DNA of 64,000 bases from NCBI GenBank assembly GCA_964637315.1, contig CAZWTT010000002.1, forward strand, positions 129,667 to 193,666. The letters run 5' to 3'. The stretch is from an uncultured Dehalococcoidia bacterium. Its GTDB lineage: Bacteria; Chloroflexota; Dehalococcoidia; Lucifugimonadales; UBA2962. A program made the position numbers and the translations under genes. Each line of letters opens with the position of its first letter. Position 1 is the first letter of the stretch. The notes beneath the pieces were generated by a model. The model worked only from the letters and a program-made list of their open reading frames with translations. It searched no databases and was not told the DNA's origin. Positions 48,778 through 57,706 of the stretch are shown piece after piece.

Positions 48778-50777
48778 CCACACCCCGGCTCATTCTTCAC
48801 CGTCTGAAAGAGAACTGGCGCCTGATGGTGTCCATATTCGCCGGGGTGGTCGTTGCCACCAGTCTGGTGGCCGGCACCCCGATCTATCTCCGGTCCCTCG
48901 AACGGCTGGGTGTCGATACCGAGATCGACCGTACGTCGAACCTCATCCTCAATATCCACGTCTTCTCTCCCAACGTCACCCTGTCCGACGTCGGCCTGGC
49001 CGGAAGCCAACGCGTCATAGACAACGCCGTCGATCGTCACCTACCGGAGTCTTACGAGGGCGAGCGGCGATTCTTGCGCAGCGCCACATATCTCGCCGGC
49101 CTCCCCTACCAGCCGCTCGCTGATGTGGCGGCAGGGATAGCCTCACGCGGTTACATCCAGCACATGAGCGATATCGACGACCACGTGGCGTTCCTGGACG
49201 GTCGCATGGCCACCGATGTGATCGAGGCCGGTGAGCGAGGGCCAATCGTGGAGGTCATCCTAGGCGCCTCCTCCCTGGAGAACTTTCGTCTAGTGGTGGG
49301 GGACGTCATCGAGATGACCCCGTTCGTCGCGCACGATGCCCGCATCTACGCCCGCATCGTCGGCATTTTCGAGCCCATCGACCAGTTCTCCGACTACTGG
49401 CGGCGCAACGCCAACGTGTTCCTCAGACCGCAGTCCCCACAAGAGGTGCCCGAGGCGGGCATCACCGTAGTCCCGGACGAGCCGCCCCTGCCCTTGTTTA
49501 CCACTAAGAGCGCCATGGTCGCCGCCGTTGCCGGCGCCTATCCCGGCAGCCTCGTCGACTCTACCTGGCTTCTGTTCCTGGACAAGGACGGGCTCAAGAG
49601 CTACACAGTGGAAGATGGCAGGGCCCGGTTCGCCGAATTCAAAAGCGAGGTCTCGCGGTCACTGCCCGGCTCGGCGGTGCTGTCGGGCGTGCCAAACCTG
49701 TTCGATGACTTCGAGCGACGCAGCTTCTTTTCCACCATCCCGCTGCTGCTGCTGCTGACGCTGATGGTGGTCACCGTCCTCTGCTACCTGTCGATGATAG
49801 TCTCCTATCTGGTCCAGAGCCGGGAGGGTGATATCGCTCTTCTCAGGACACGCGGAACGGGCACCGGTCGGTTGCTCCGGCTCTATGGGCTCGAGAGCTC
49901 CATACTCACCTTGATCGCCGTCGTCGCCGCCCCGTTCATCGCCATGGGGGTGATCGCACTCGCCGGCAAGCTCCCGTACTTTGGACCCATTACTGGTGGC
50001 GCGGCCCTCCCGGTCGCGTTGTCCTGGGAGTCGTTCGCCACCGCCGCCGGGGTGGGTGCGGTGTGCCTGGCCATCTACGTCATCCCGGCCCTTCTCGGCG
50101 CTGGGTTCGGGCTGGTCGCCCACAGGCTGCGAGTATCACGTCCGGCCACTGTCCCGTTCTTCCAGCGCTACTACATCGACCTAGCCTTCATGGCGGTTGG
50201 GGGGCTGGTCTTCTGGGAGCTGCAGTCGCGCGGCAACCTGGTGGCCGGAGGCCTGTTTCGAGAGGCCGAGATCAACGAGGCTCTGCTGTTCGCCCCGGTG
50301 CTGTTCCTCATCGCCATCGCGCTCATCTTCATGCGCTTTTTCCCCCTGGTGGTCAAATACCTCGGTGGAGAGTCGCCGACCTTGCTTCACCTCGTCGTGA
50401 TCGCCACAGCGGTGACCTTGGGCCCGGCGATCGCCATAGACGCGTTGTTGGACGACCAGCAGTCACGATGGATACCACAGTTGTTGCTGGGTCTGGGATT
50501 TGGTGCCGCCTACTGGTGGACCCAATCCGGTATCGAGGCCGGGCTCCGGCGCGCGCCGCTGCATCTGATCGCCGGCATGGCCGTCCAGGTGGCTCTGGTG
50601 GTTCTGTATATCTGGCAGGATCCGTTCCGGGGCGGTGACCCGTTCAACGTGGCCAGGGCCGCCGCCGTCGCGACCGTGCCCGCTCAGGCGCTCTACCTTG
50701 CTTTCAGGGCGGGCGCTCGCAGGGCGCCGGTGTGGCTATCGGTGAGCCTCTGGCACATGGCTCGCAACCCGCTCTAG
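48762..50777 (+). CDS. Giant FtsX-family ABC permease, N-terminal half (ends at an in-frame TAG)
   Basis: The N-terminus MPEPLTTPRLILHRLKENWRL... is collinear with the paralog MLTDLLTTWRFVLKRSMAHWRL.... It has TM1, a ~270-aa ectodomain, an FtsX bundle (LLRTRGTGTGRLL...) and extra TMs. Confidence 0.8.
   Translation: MPEPLTTPRLILHRLKENWRLMVSIFAGVVVATSLVAGTPIYLRSLERLGVDTEIDRTSNLILNIHVFSPNVTLSDVGLAGSQRVIDNAVDRHLPESYEGERRFLRSATYLAGLPYQPLADVAAGIASRGYIQHMSDIDDHVAFLDGRMATDVIEAGERGPIVEVILGASSLENFRLVVGDVIEMTPFVAHDARIYARIVGIFEPIDQFSDYWRRNANVFLRPQSPQEVPEAGITVVPDEPPLPLFTTKSAMVAAVAGAYPGSLVDSTWLLFLDKDGLKSYTVEDGRARFAEFKSEVSRSLPGSAVLSGVPNLFDDFERRSFFSTIPLLLLLTLMVVTVLCYLSMIVSYLVQSREGDIALLRTRGTGTGRLLRLYGLESSILTLIAVVAAPFIAMGVIALAGKLPYFGPITGGAALPVALSWESFATAAGVGAVCLAIYVIPALLGAGFGLVAHRLRVSRPATVPFFQRYYIDLAFMAVGGLVFWELQSRGNLVAGGLFREAEINEALLFAPVLFLIAIALIFMRFFPLVVKYLGGESPTLLHLVVIATAVTLGPAIAIDALLDDQQSRWIPQLLLGLGFGAAYWWTQSGIEAGLRRAPLHLIAGMAVQVALVVLYIWQDPFRGGDPFNVARAAAVATVPAQALYLAFRAGARRAPVWLSVSLWHMARNPL
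50775..50777 (+). other. In-frame TAG interrupting the FtsX permease reading frame
   Basis: WHMARNPL*YSWLVLLLILVTGL aligns with the paralog WQMARNPTYYARLSLLLILTAGL. Confidence 0.9.
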
Positions 50778-50795
50778 TACAGTTGGCTGGTCCTT

Positions 50796-52475
50796 TTGCT
50801 CATACTCGTCACCGGTCTGGCCATCCTATCGACTACCGTTGGTGGGACTCTCGACACCTCCCATCGCGAGAGGGTCATGTACGAGACTGCGGCCGATATA
50901 CGTGTCACCGGCGTGCCGGGTGACCTAGCGCGGGGCACCGAGGCGCTCAAAGAGAGGTACACCGAGATCGCCGGGGTCACCGGGGTCACAATGATGCTCA
51001 GGGAGCGGGGGACGGTCGGCACCTCAGGTCGGGGACGCTCCTTCGAGATGCTGGCCGTGGAATCCCGAGGATTCCCCTTCATGTCCTGGTACCGTGACGA
51101 CTTCTCGGACACGAGCCTGGGGACCATGATGCAGTCCCTGCAAGGAGGGAAACTGTTCCAGTCCATCGCGGTCCCGGAGGACGCCACCTCCCTGGGGCTC
51201 TACGTAAAACCGAACGACGAGTTCCCCAACATCTTCGTCTGGCTGATCGTTGAGGATGCGGACGGGCTGCTTACAACCATGACCATGGGCAGGATCGGCC
51301 CGTCCCAGTGGCACATCATGCGGGCCGCGATACCCCAGCGGGCTCGCAGGCCAGTGCAATTGGTCTCCATCCAGATTTACGAGCCCGCATTCGGACCGGC
51401 CGGAACTTCCGGCTCCATCTTCTTCGACGACGTGCACGCCGTCATCGGTGGACCGACAGATGAGACGAGCCTGCTGAACGACGGAGAGGGGATGATAGTG
51501 CTGGAGGATTTCGAGAGCACCCTGGCCTGGACGCCGCTGGCGGCGTCCGCACTCGCCACCAACAAACTCAGCGCCTCGGGCACCGACGTGTTCAACGGTG
51601 ATCGCAGCGGCAGATTCGAGTTCGGCAAAGACACCGATCGAGGCATTCGCGGTTTCTACTACAGCCCCACCGGCGGTCCCGTCCCGGTGATCGTGAGCGA
51701 GACCCTTTCTGTGGCCACGGGGAGAGGAATCGGAGAGACCCTGATCATCGATATCGACGCCCGGCTGGTGCCGGTTAGGATCGTCGACGTCGCCCGCTAC
51801 TTCCCCACGGCCAATCCCGAACGAGGCGGCTTCATGTTGGCCGACCTGGAGATCCTGTTGCAGCACCTTCGGATGGTCAGTCCGACCGTCAATCTGACCC
51901 CCAACGAGCTGTTACTCACTCACTCCCCCGGCGCCGGCGACGTGGTGGCCGACTCTCTGGTCGAGATCGTGGGACGTGCGGCACCCGTGCGGATATACGA
52001 CCGGACGGCGAACCTGGAGGCGATCAGCCTGGACCCGTTGATTTCGACCGGGTGGAAGGCGATGGTGGTGGTGTCGATAGTCGTCATTATCTTCGCCGCG
52101 ACCCTTGGGTACGTTACATATCTGCTGGCCTTCGCCAGCCGAAACAGAGGGGAGATGGCGGCTCTACGGTCGGTCGGAGTGTCCCGCCGGCAAATGTTGG
52201 GCCTGCTGTCGATGGAGCACCTAGCCATCGCCGGTATGGGAATCGGCCTGGGCACCTGGGCGGGCTTCCAGATGAGCACACTCATGGTCTCCGCCGTATC
52301 CGTCACGGAAGACGGGGCCGCGGTACTGCCCCCCTTCAGGCTGTTGACCGACTGGACCATCATGGGGCCGGTCTACGTCGCCCTGACGGGCATTTTCGTC
52401 GTATCCATCCTGGCCCTGTACCGTGACGTGACGGGCCTCAGCCTGCATACGGTCGCACGTGAGAGTGTCCTTTAG
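50796..52475 (+). CDS. Giant FtsX-family ABC permease, C-terminal half (same frame as 48762..50777)
   Basis: No ATG or SD, and the first possible start is TTG. It contains the second ectodomain and second FtsX bundle (MAALRSVGVSRRQMLGLLSMEHL...). Confidence 0.75.
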   Translation: MLILVTGLAILSTTVGGTLDTSHRERVMYETAADIRVTGVPGDLARGTEALKERYTEIAGVTGVTMMLRERGTVGTSGRGRSFEMLAVESRGFPFMSWYRDDFSDTSLGTMMQSLQGGKLFQSIAVPEDATSLGLYVKPNDEFPNIFVWLIVEDADGLLTTMTMGRIGPSQWHIMRAAIPQRARRPVQLVSIQIYEPAFGPAGTSGSIFFDDVHAVIGGPTDETSLLNDGEGMIVLEDFESTLAWTPLAASALATNKLSASGTDVFNGDRSGRFEFGKDTDRGIRGFYYSPTGGPVPVIVSETLSVATGRGIGETLIIDIDARLVPVRIVDVARYFPTANPERGGFMLADLEILLQHLRMVSPTVNLTPNELLLTHSPGAGDVVADSLVEIVGRAAPVRIYDRTANLEAISLDPLISTGWKAMVVVSIVVIIFAATLGYVTYLLAFASRNRGEMAALRSVGVSRRQMLGLLSMEHLAIAGMGIGLGTWAGFQMSTLMVSAVSVTEDGAAVLPPFRLLTDWTIMGPVYVALTGIFVVSILALYRDVTGLSLHTVARESVL

Positions 52476-52535
52476 CCGTGACCACGCTCCCGTCGGTCCA
52501 ACCCCCGTGTTCTATCCAGTGCTAGGAGTCTCTCG

Positions 52536-55500
52536 GTGCTGACCGACCTGCTCACGACCTGGCGTTTCGTGCTCAAGCGCAGCATGGCCCACTGGCGACT
52601 GCTGTCGGCCGTCGTCGTGGGCGTCGTCCTGGCGTCGGCCATCATGTCTGGCACGGTCATCTACTTCGACTCCCTCAAAGAACTGGCGCTGGACGAGACC
52701 CTCGATTCGGTGCCCAGGGACGACCTGGACATCGTGGTCAAAGCCGTTCGCGGGCCGACCACACCCAAGGAATACGGGAGGGTGGAGTCCACCGTCACCG
52801 CGGTCGTGAACTCACACGTGGGGTGGTTCGTCGGCGACCGCATCGCCGCGGGAGCATCTTCCACCTTCTTCCGGTCCGAAGTCGGTGGCGAAGACCAGGC
52901 CGGCAACGATAACGCCCGCGCCTACTTCACGTTCGTGCCGCGTCTCAGCGAGTTTGCAGCGTTGGTGGAGGGCGGCACGGTTCCGAAAGACGCCGCCACC
53001 AACGAACCGGGTCGGCCCCTCGCAATAGGAGCGATGGTGCCTGAGTCCGCCGCCCTTGCCGCCGGAGTCGATGTCGGTGACACCATCGCCGTGGTCCCCT
53101 TCTGGGACGACCACATTCCCTACGCCCACGTAGAGGTGACTGGGCTCCTGCGGCCGCTGGACCCGTCGGTCCGCTTCTGGAACCTTGATGAACGAGTTCT
53201 TGGGGCGGCCACCGGGGACAGCTTCAGCACCGTGCCCCTCTTCATCTCGGAGACCGCCTTTTTCGACGTGCTGGGTCGGGCCTTCGCCGACATGGACTCG
53301 ACCTACGGTTGGTTGCTGGAGGTTCAGCCGGACCGAATAAGCGCTGATACCGCTCGAACAGGTCAGCTAAGCATTCAGTTGATGGGCGACCGCCTCAACT
53401 CCACGCTCTTCGCCTACCGCCAGTTCACCACCCTCGATAACGTGCTGGGCGAGTACGACCAGAGGCTCTTTTTCTCCAAGTTGCCGATGTTCGTGGTAAT
53501 GATCTTGGTGGCGGTGGTCATTCTCTACTACGTTGTCACGCTCTCGGCCCTGCTCATAGAGCGCCAGCGCGGCGAGATCGCCCTCCTCCGCAGCAGGGGG
53601 GCGGGCACCGGTCACCTGGTCTCGATATTCGCGCTGGAGGGCTTCACGGTCTCCGTCCTGGCGACCGTCGTGGGTCCGCTTTTGGCCGCGGCCGCCATCA
53701 GCGGTGCTGGTCTGACGCCGGCCTTCTCCGGTCTCTCGGCCACCCGCGGGCTCGACGTGCATATATCGGCAGCCGCTTATGGGCTCAGTGCTTTGGGAGG
53801 CCTCTTTTCGTTCGGGGCGCTCATGATACCTGCGGTGCATGCCGCCCGCATGTCCGTCACCGGCCATCGCCGGGCGAGCGCCCGTCCCGAGGGCACGCCG
53901 CTGTACCAGCGGTACTACCTGGACGTGCTGCTCTTGGTCGTGAGCATCGTCCTGTTCCGGCAGCTCACCCAGCAGGGCTCGGTCGTCGCCACCAGGCTGT
54001 TCGGTGACGTCGCCGTCAATCAGCTGATACTCGCGGTCCCGGCCGTCACCCTGCTCGCGGCATCCATGGTGCTGCTCCGCGTCTTCCCGCTCGTAATGCG
54101 GCTAGCCAGCAAAATATTTTCCTCCTGGCTACCGGCGGGTCTCGCGCTGGGCCTGTGGCAGATGGCACGCAACCCGACCTACTACGCTCGTCTTTCCTTG
54201 CTGCTCATCCTCACCGCCGGTCTCGGAATATTCGCGGCGAGCTTCGGCGGCACCCTGGACCGCAGCTTCGAAGAGCGTGTCCTTTACGCAATCGGCAGCG
54301 ACATCAGGATCGAGGGCCTGGTAATAGACGCCGCCGGAACCACCAGGCCGGTGGCCGCAAGCTACGAGGAGGTCGATGGAGTGGACTCCGCCTCACCGGC
54401 CTTCCGAGGCCGTGCCTTCGACCTGACCAGCCTCGTCTCGGAGGAGGTGGGTGTGCTCGCCGTCTCGTCAAACGTCTTCGGAGACGTCGCCTGGTTCAGG
54501 GACGACTTTTCCGACGAGCCGGTACTTGCGCTGCTCGAGTCACTGAAGCCGGAGGTCGGCCCCGTCGGCATTCCGCTACCGGAGGGCGCCCGCACCATAG
54601 GGGTGATTGGCAGGGTCGACCGGCCCCAGCCCAGCATGCGACTGTCGGCCCGGGTGGTGGACGCCAACGACCGTTACTTCACCTACGAACTCGGCAAGCT
54701 CACGTCGGCGGATTGGCAGTTTTATGAAGTCCCCCTGTCCCGATCCAGCCGCTTCCGAACCCGCCTGCGCAGGCTGGAGCCGGTCTGGCCCCTGAGGCTC
54801 ATGTCGATCGGCGTTGAGGAGACCGATACCCAGCGGGGCACCTTCGCCGGCTCCCTGGTGGTCGACGAGGTGCGGGCGCGCACCGGGGACGGTACCGTCC
54901 TTGTCATAGAGGACTTCGAAGACCTGTTGGGGTGGAGCGCCCTGAACACCACCCCGGACTCCGAGTCCGACACCGCCAGTTCGTCCCAGCTGGGGTTCGA
55001 GGGGGGCGTCGGTAACTCCCTGCGATTCACCTGGTCCGAGGGCCCCGCCCTGGCGGCCCGCGGCGTCTTCTATGGGCCCCGGGTGACTTCCCTGCCGGTA
55101 GTGGCCAGCGAGTCGTTCGTGGACTCCTCAGGCCACTCCAGGGGAGATGAGTTTTGGCTCTCGCTTGCCGGCCACCGGTTGCAGGTGCGCATCGTCGATA
55201 CATTCGAGTACTTTCCGACGCTGGATACCGAGAACGAAACTTTCCTCGTGGCGGACCTGGCCTCGCTCGTTTCCTACGCCAACGTCGATCCGTCCTCATC
55301 CGAACTCAAACCCAACGAGGCGTGGCTGGCGACCGACACCACTGGAGACGAGCGTGACGAGTTGCGCGACAGGTTGCTGATCGATCCGTTCGGGGGCACC
55401 CGGGTAGAGGACAGTGAGTTGTCCCTGGGCCTCGGCCAGGTCGATCCCCTGACGAAGGCGGGATGGCGGGCCCTCCTGTTCATCGCCTTCGGAGCCGTGT

Positions 55501-55886
55501 TCATCCTCAGTTGCCTCGGCTTCGTGGTTCACGCTCACGTCTCGTTTACCGCTCGCCGGGTGCAGTTCGCTTTGCTGCGCACCATCGGCCTGTCCCGGTT
55601 CCAGCTGGCCACCGTCGTGGTGTTGGAACAGGCCATCGTCATCGCCGCCGGTATGACGCTGGGCGCGTGGATGGGCGGCCGCCTTGGTGCTATCATCATG
55701 CCGTTCCTCTCCAACGACGAGCTTGGCACACAGGTACTGCCCCCGTTCGTTGTAGAGGTGAACTGGCCCGTCCTGGCGATAACCTACGCCGCCATGGTGG
55801 TGGTATTCGCGGTGATAACGGCCGCTCTAGTATGGTTCGTCCAGCACATCTCGGTCGTCCGTACCCTGCGCCTCGGCGAAAACTGA
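52536..55886 (+). CDS. Giant double-FtsX ABC permease (1116 aa, intact paralog)
   Basis: GTG start with AGGAG 7 nt upstream. TM1, ~270-aa ectodomain, FtsX bundle 1 (IALLRSRGAGTGHLV), linker TMs, ~400-aa ectodomain, FtsX bundle 2 (FALLRTIGLSRFQLA). Confidence 0.85.
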   Translation: MLTDLLTTWRFVLKRSMAHWRLLSAVVVGVVLASAIMSGTVIYFDSLKELALDETLDSVPRDDLDIVVKAVRGPTTPKEYGRVESTVTAVVNSHVGWFVGDRIAAGASSTFFRSEVGGEDQAGNDNARAYFTFVPRLSEFAALVEGGTVPKDAATNEPGRPLAIGAMVPESAALAAGVDVGDTIAVVPFWDDHIPYAHVEVTGLLRPLDPSVRFWNLDERVLGAATGDSFSTVPLFISETAFFDVLGRAFADMDSTYGWLLEVQPDRISADTARTGQLSIQLMGDRLNSTLFAYRQFTTLDNVLGEYDQRLFFSKLPMFVVMILVAVVILYYVVTLSALLIERQRGEIALLRSRGAGTGHLVSIFALEGFTVSVLATVVGPLLAAAAISGAGLTPAFSGLSATRGLDVHISAAAYGLSALGGLFSFGALMIPAVHAARMSVTGHRRASARPEGTPLYQRYYLDVLLLVVSIVLFRQLTQQGSVVATRLFGDVAVNQLILAVPAVTLLAASMVLLRVFPLVMRLASKIFSSWLPAGLALGLWQMARNPTYYARLSLLLILTAGLGIFAASFGGTLDRSFEERVLYAIGSDIRIEGLVIDAAGTTRPVAASYEEVDGVDSASPAFRGRAFDLTSLVSEEVGVLAVSSNVFGDVAWFRDDFSDEPVLALLESLKPEVGPVGIPLPEGARTIGVIGRVDRPQPSMRLSARVVDANDRYFTYELGKLTSADWQFYEVPLSRSSRFRTRLRRLEPVWPLRLMSIGVEETDTQRGTFAGSLVVDEVRARTGDGTVLVIEDFEDLLGWSALNTTPDSESDTASSSQLGFEGGVGNSLRFTWSEGPALAARGVFYGPRVTSLPVVASESFVDSSGHSRGDEFWLSLAGHRLQVRIVDTFEYFPTLDTENETFLVADLASLVSYANVDPSSSELKPNEAWLATDTTGDERDELRDRLLIDPFGGTRVEDSELSLGLGQVDPLTKAGWRALLFIAFGAVFILSCLGFVVHAHVSFTARRVQFALLRTIGLSRFQLATVVVLEQAIVIAAGMTLGAWMGGRLGAIIMPFLSNDELGTQVLPPFVVEVNWPVLAITYAAMVVVFAVITAALVWFVQHISVVRTLRLGEN

Positions 55887-55890
55887 TCCA

Positions 55891-56793
55891 TTGACTTACT
55901 CAGACACTCCCCCATACGTCCTGTGCGAGGATCTCTTCAAGATCTATAAGGTGGCCGACCTTGAAGTGGTGGCTCTGCGTGGCCTAGACCTACGAGTTGA
56001 GCGTGGAGAGGTCGTGGCGATAGTCGGTGCCAGCGGGTCGGGCAAGTCGACATTACTGAACATACTGGCCGGCTACGACATGCCGTCCGCCGGTCGGGTT
56101 ACCGTGTCCGGACGGGACCTGCTCCGGATGAGCGCCTGGGAGGTGGAGGAGTATCGCCGGTGTGAGGTCGGCTTCATCTGGCAGCAGACCGGCCGCAATC
56201 TCTTCCCTTACCTCACGGCCCTGGAGAACGTCGAGTTGCCGATGATGCTCACCGGGACCACGTCCGAGGGCCGTCGAAAGCGTGCAACCGAACTGCTGGA
56301 GTTGGTCGGCCTGGCCGACCGCATGGGACACACCCAGGACCGCCTCTCCGGCGGTGAGCAGCAGCGCGTGGCGATAGCGGTCTCGCTCGCCAACTACCCG
56401 CCGCTGCTGCTGGCGGACGAGCCCACGGGCGAGCTAGACGACGCCACGGCGGCCGATGTGCTGGACGTGTTCGGTGCCATTAACCGTGAGTTGCAAACGA
56501 CGGTCATGATCGTCACCCACGATCCCGACATCGCCTACAAGGTGGGGCGGGTGGTGCTGATACGGGACGGAAAGCTCTCGACCGAGATACGGCGCAGGGT
56601 TTCTTACGCTCCTGACGCGCCCGGCGCCGACGGCGACTTTAAAGCTCCGGTTGAGCTTGAAGAGTTCGTGCTGGTCGACAGCAGTGGCCGCGTCCAGATT
56701 CCCCGCGAGGTACTCGACCGGCTCAAGATCGGCGAGCGCGCGAAGGTCACGGCTGACGACGAGAGCGTGAGGCTGGACCCGGGCGATGCATAG
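55891..56793 (+). CDS. MacB/LolD-type ABC ATPase with a ~70-aa C-terminal extension resembling a SpoVT/AbrB swapped-hairpin domain
   Basis: Walker A GASGSGKST, signature LSGGEQQRV and Walker B LLLADEPTGELD. The tail is ...EFVLVDSSGRVQIPREVLDRLKIGERAKVTADDESVRLDP. Confidence 0.85.
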   Translation: MTYSDTPPYVLCEDLFKIYKVADLEVVALRGLDLRVERGEVVAIVGASGSGKSTLLNILAGYDMPSAGRVTVSGRDLLRMSAWEVEEYRRCEVGFIWQQTGRNLFPYLTALENVELPMMLTGTTSEGRRKRATELLELVGLADRMGHTQDRLSGGEQQRVAIAVSLANYPPLLLADEPTGELDDATAADVLDVFGAINRELQTTVMIVTHDPDIAYKVGRVVLIRDGKLSTEIRRRVSYAPDAPGADGDFKAPVELEEFVLVDSSGRVQIPREVLDRLKIGERAKVTADDESVRLDPGDA

Positions 56794-56835
56794 CGGAGCG
56801 GTACGCGCCGGCGCAGAAATGAGACACTCCTAACC

Positions 56836-57549
56836 GTGGCCCGCGTCCAGAGGGTGGTGGCCACCGTGGACCTCAACCGCTCGTTCCGCATGGCGGGAGA
56901 GGACGTGCACGCTCTGCGCGGGGTCTCGCTCAACGTGCTACCGGGCCAGTTTATCGCCGTCATCGGCCGGTCCGGTTCTGGGAAGACGACGCTGCTCAAC
57001 CTGCTCGCCGGCCTGGACAGGCCTTCTTCCGGTCAGGTGCTTTTTGAAGAGCGGGATATGGCCGAGCTTGGAGACCGACAGCTCACCGAGTTGCGAAGAA
57101 GCAAGCTCGGCTTCGTATTCCAGTCATTCGGCCTCCTGCCTCTCCTGTCTGCGTTCGAGAACGTCGAGCTTCCGCTCCGTATCGCCGGTGTCGGCGGCGG
57201 CCGGCGTAACCGGCGCACCGAAGAGGTACTGGAGATCGTCGGCTTGGTGAACCGCTCCCACCATCGCCCCTACGAGCTGTCTGGCGGAGAGCAGCAACGC
57301 GTGGCAATCGCCCGTGCCATCGTGCACGAGCCGGCGCTGATACTGGCGGACGAGCCTACCGGCGAGCTTGACTCGGTAAACGCAAGGGCCATCTTCGGAC
57401 TGTTCAAGGAGATGGTGCGGGACCAGGGCATCAGCGTTGTCGCCGCCACCCACGACTCCACCCTCCTGGCCATGGCCGATCAGGTGGTTCGCCTGCACGA
57501 CGGCCGGCTGGAAGAGCAGGCAACCTACGGCCGGCGCTTCCGCGACTAG
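56836..57549 (+). CDS. MacB/LolD-type ABC ATPase (standard length)
   Basis: Walker A GRSGSGKTT, signature LSGGEQQRV and Walker B LILADEPTGELD. Confidence 0.9.
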   Translation: MARVQRVVATVDLNRSFRMAGEDVHALRGVSLNVLPGQFIAVIGRSGSGKTTLLNLLAGLDRPSSGQVLFEERDMAELGDRQLTELRRSKLGFVFQSFGLLPLLSAFENVELPLRIAGVGGGRRNRRTEEVLEIVGLVNRSHHRPYELSGGEQQRVAIARAIVHEPALILADEPTGELDSVNARAIFGLFKEMVRDQGISVVAATHDSTLLAMADQVVRLHDGRLEEQATYGRRFRD

Positions 57550-57649
57550 GGGCCTCGGCCCTTTAGAATTTCTTTCAGTCACGTCCGGTCTATGCCACCA
57601 CCACCGGCTCAGTAACTCCCGTTTCCTCCCAAAACGGTCGTCGGCTACC

Positions 57650-57701
57650 TTGCGAGATTTCCGAACGACCCCTAACATTTGTTCGGAATATTTGTTCCGA
57701 A
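57650..57701 (+). promoter_or_regulatory. Putative promoter overlapped by three TTCCGAA/TTCGGAA half-sites (operator-like)
   Basis: TTGCGA (57650-55), 17 nt spacer, TAACAT (57673-78). Half-sites at 57659-65, 57682-88 and 57695-701. Tandem ATTTGTTCSGAA units at 57677-88 and 57690-701. Confidence 0.3.
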
Positions 57702-57706
57702 ACTCT

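Noticed and set aside
50775-50777. Reading the in-frame TAG as pyrrolysine or as genome-wide TAG reassignment.
   Set aside because: There are no pyl genes in the window. Several well-supported genes here (for example 55891..56793 and 56836..57549) end with TAG at the expected C-termini, so TAG functions as a stop in this genome.
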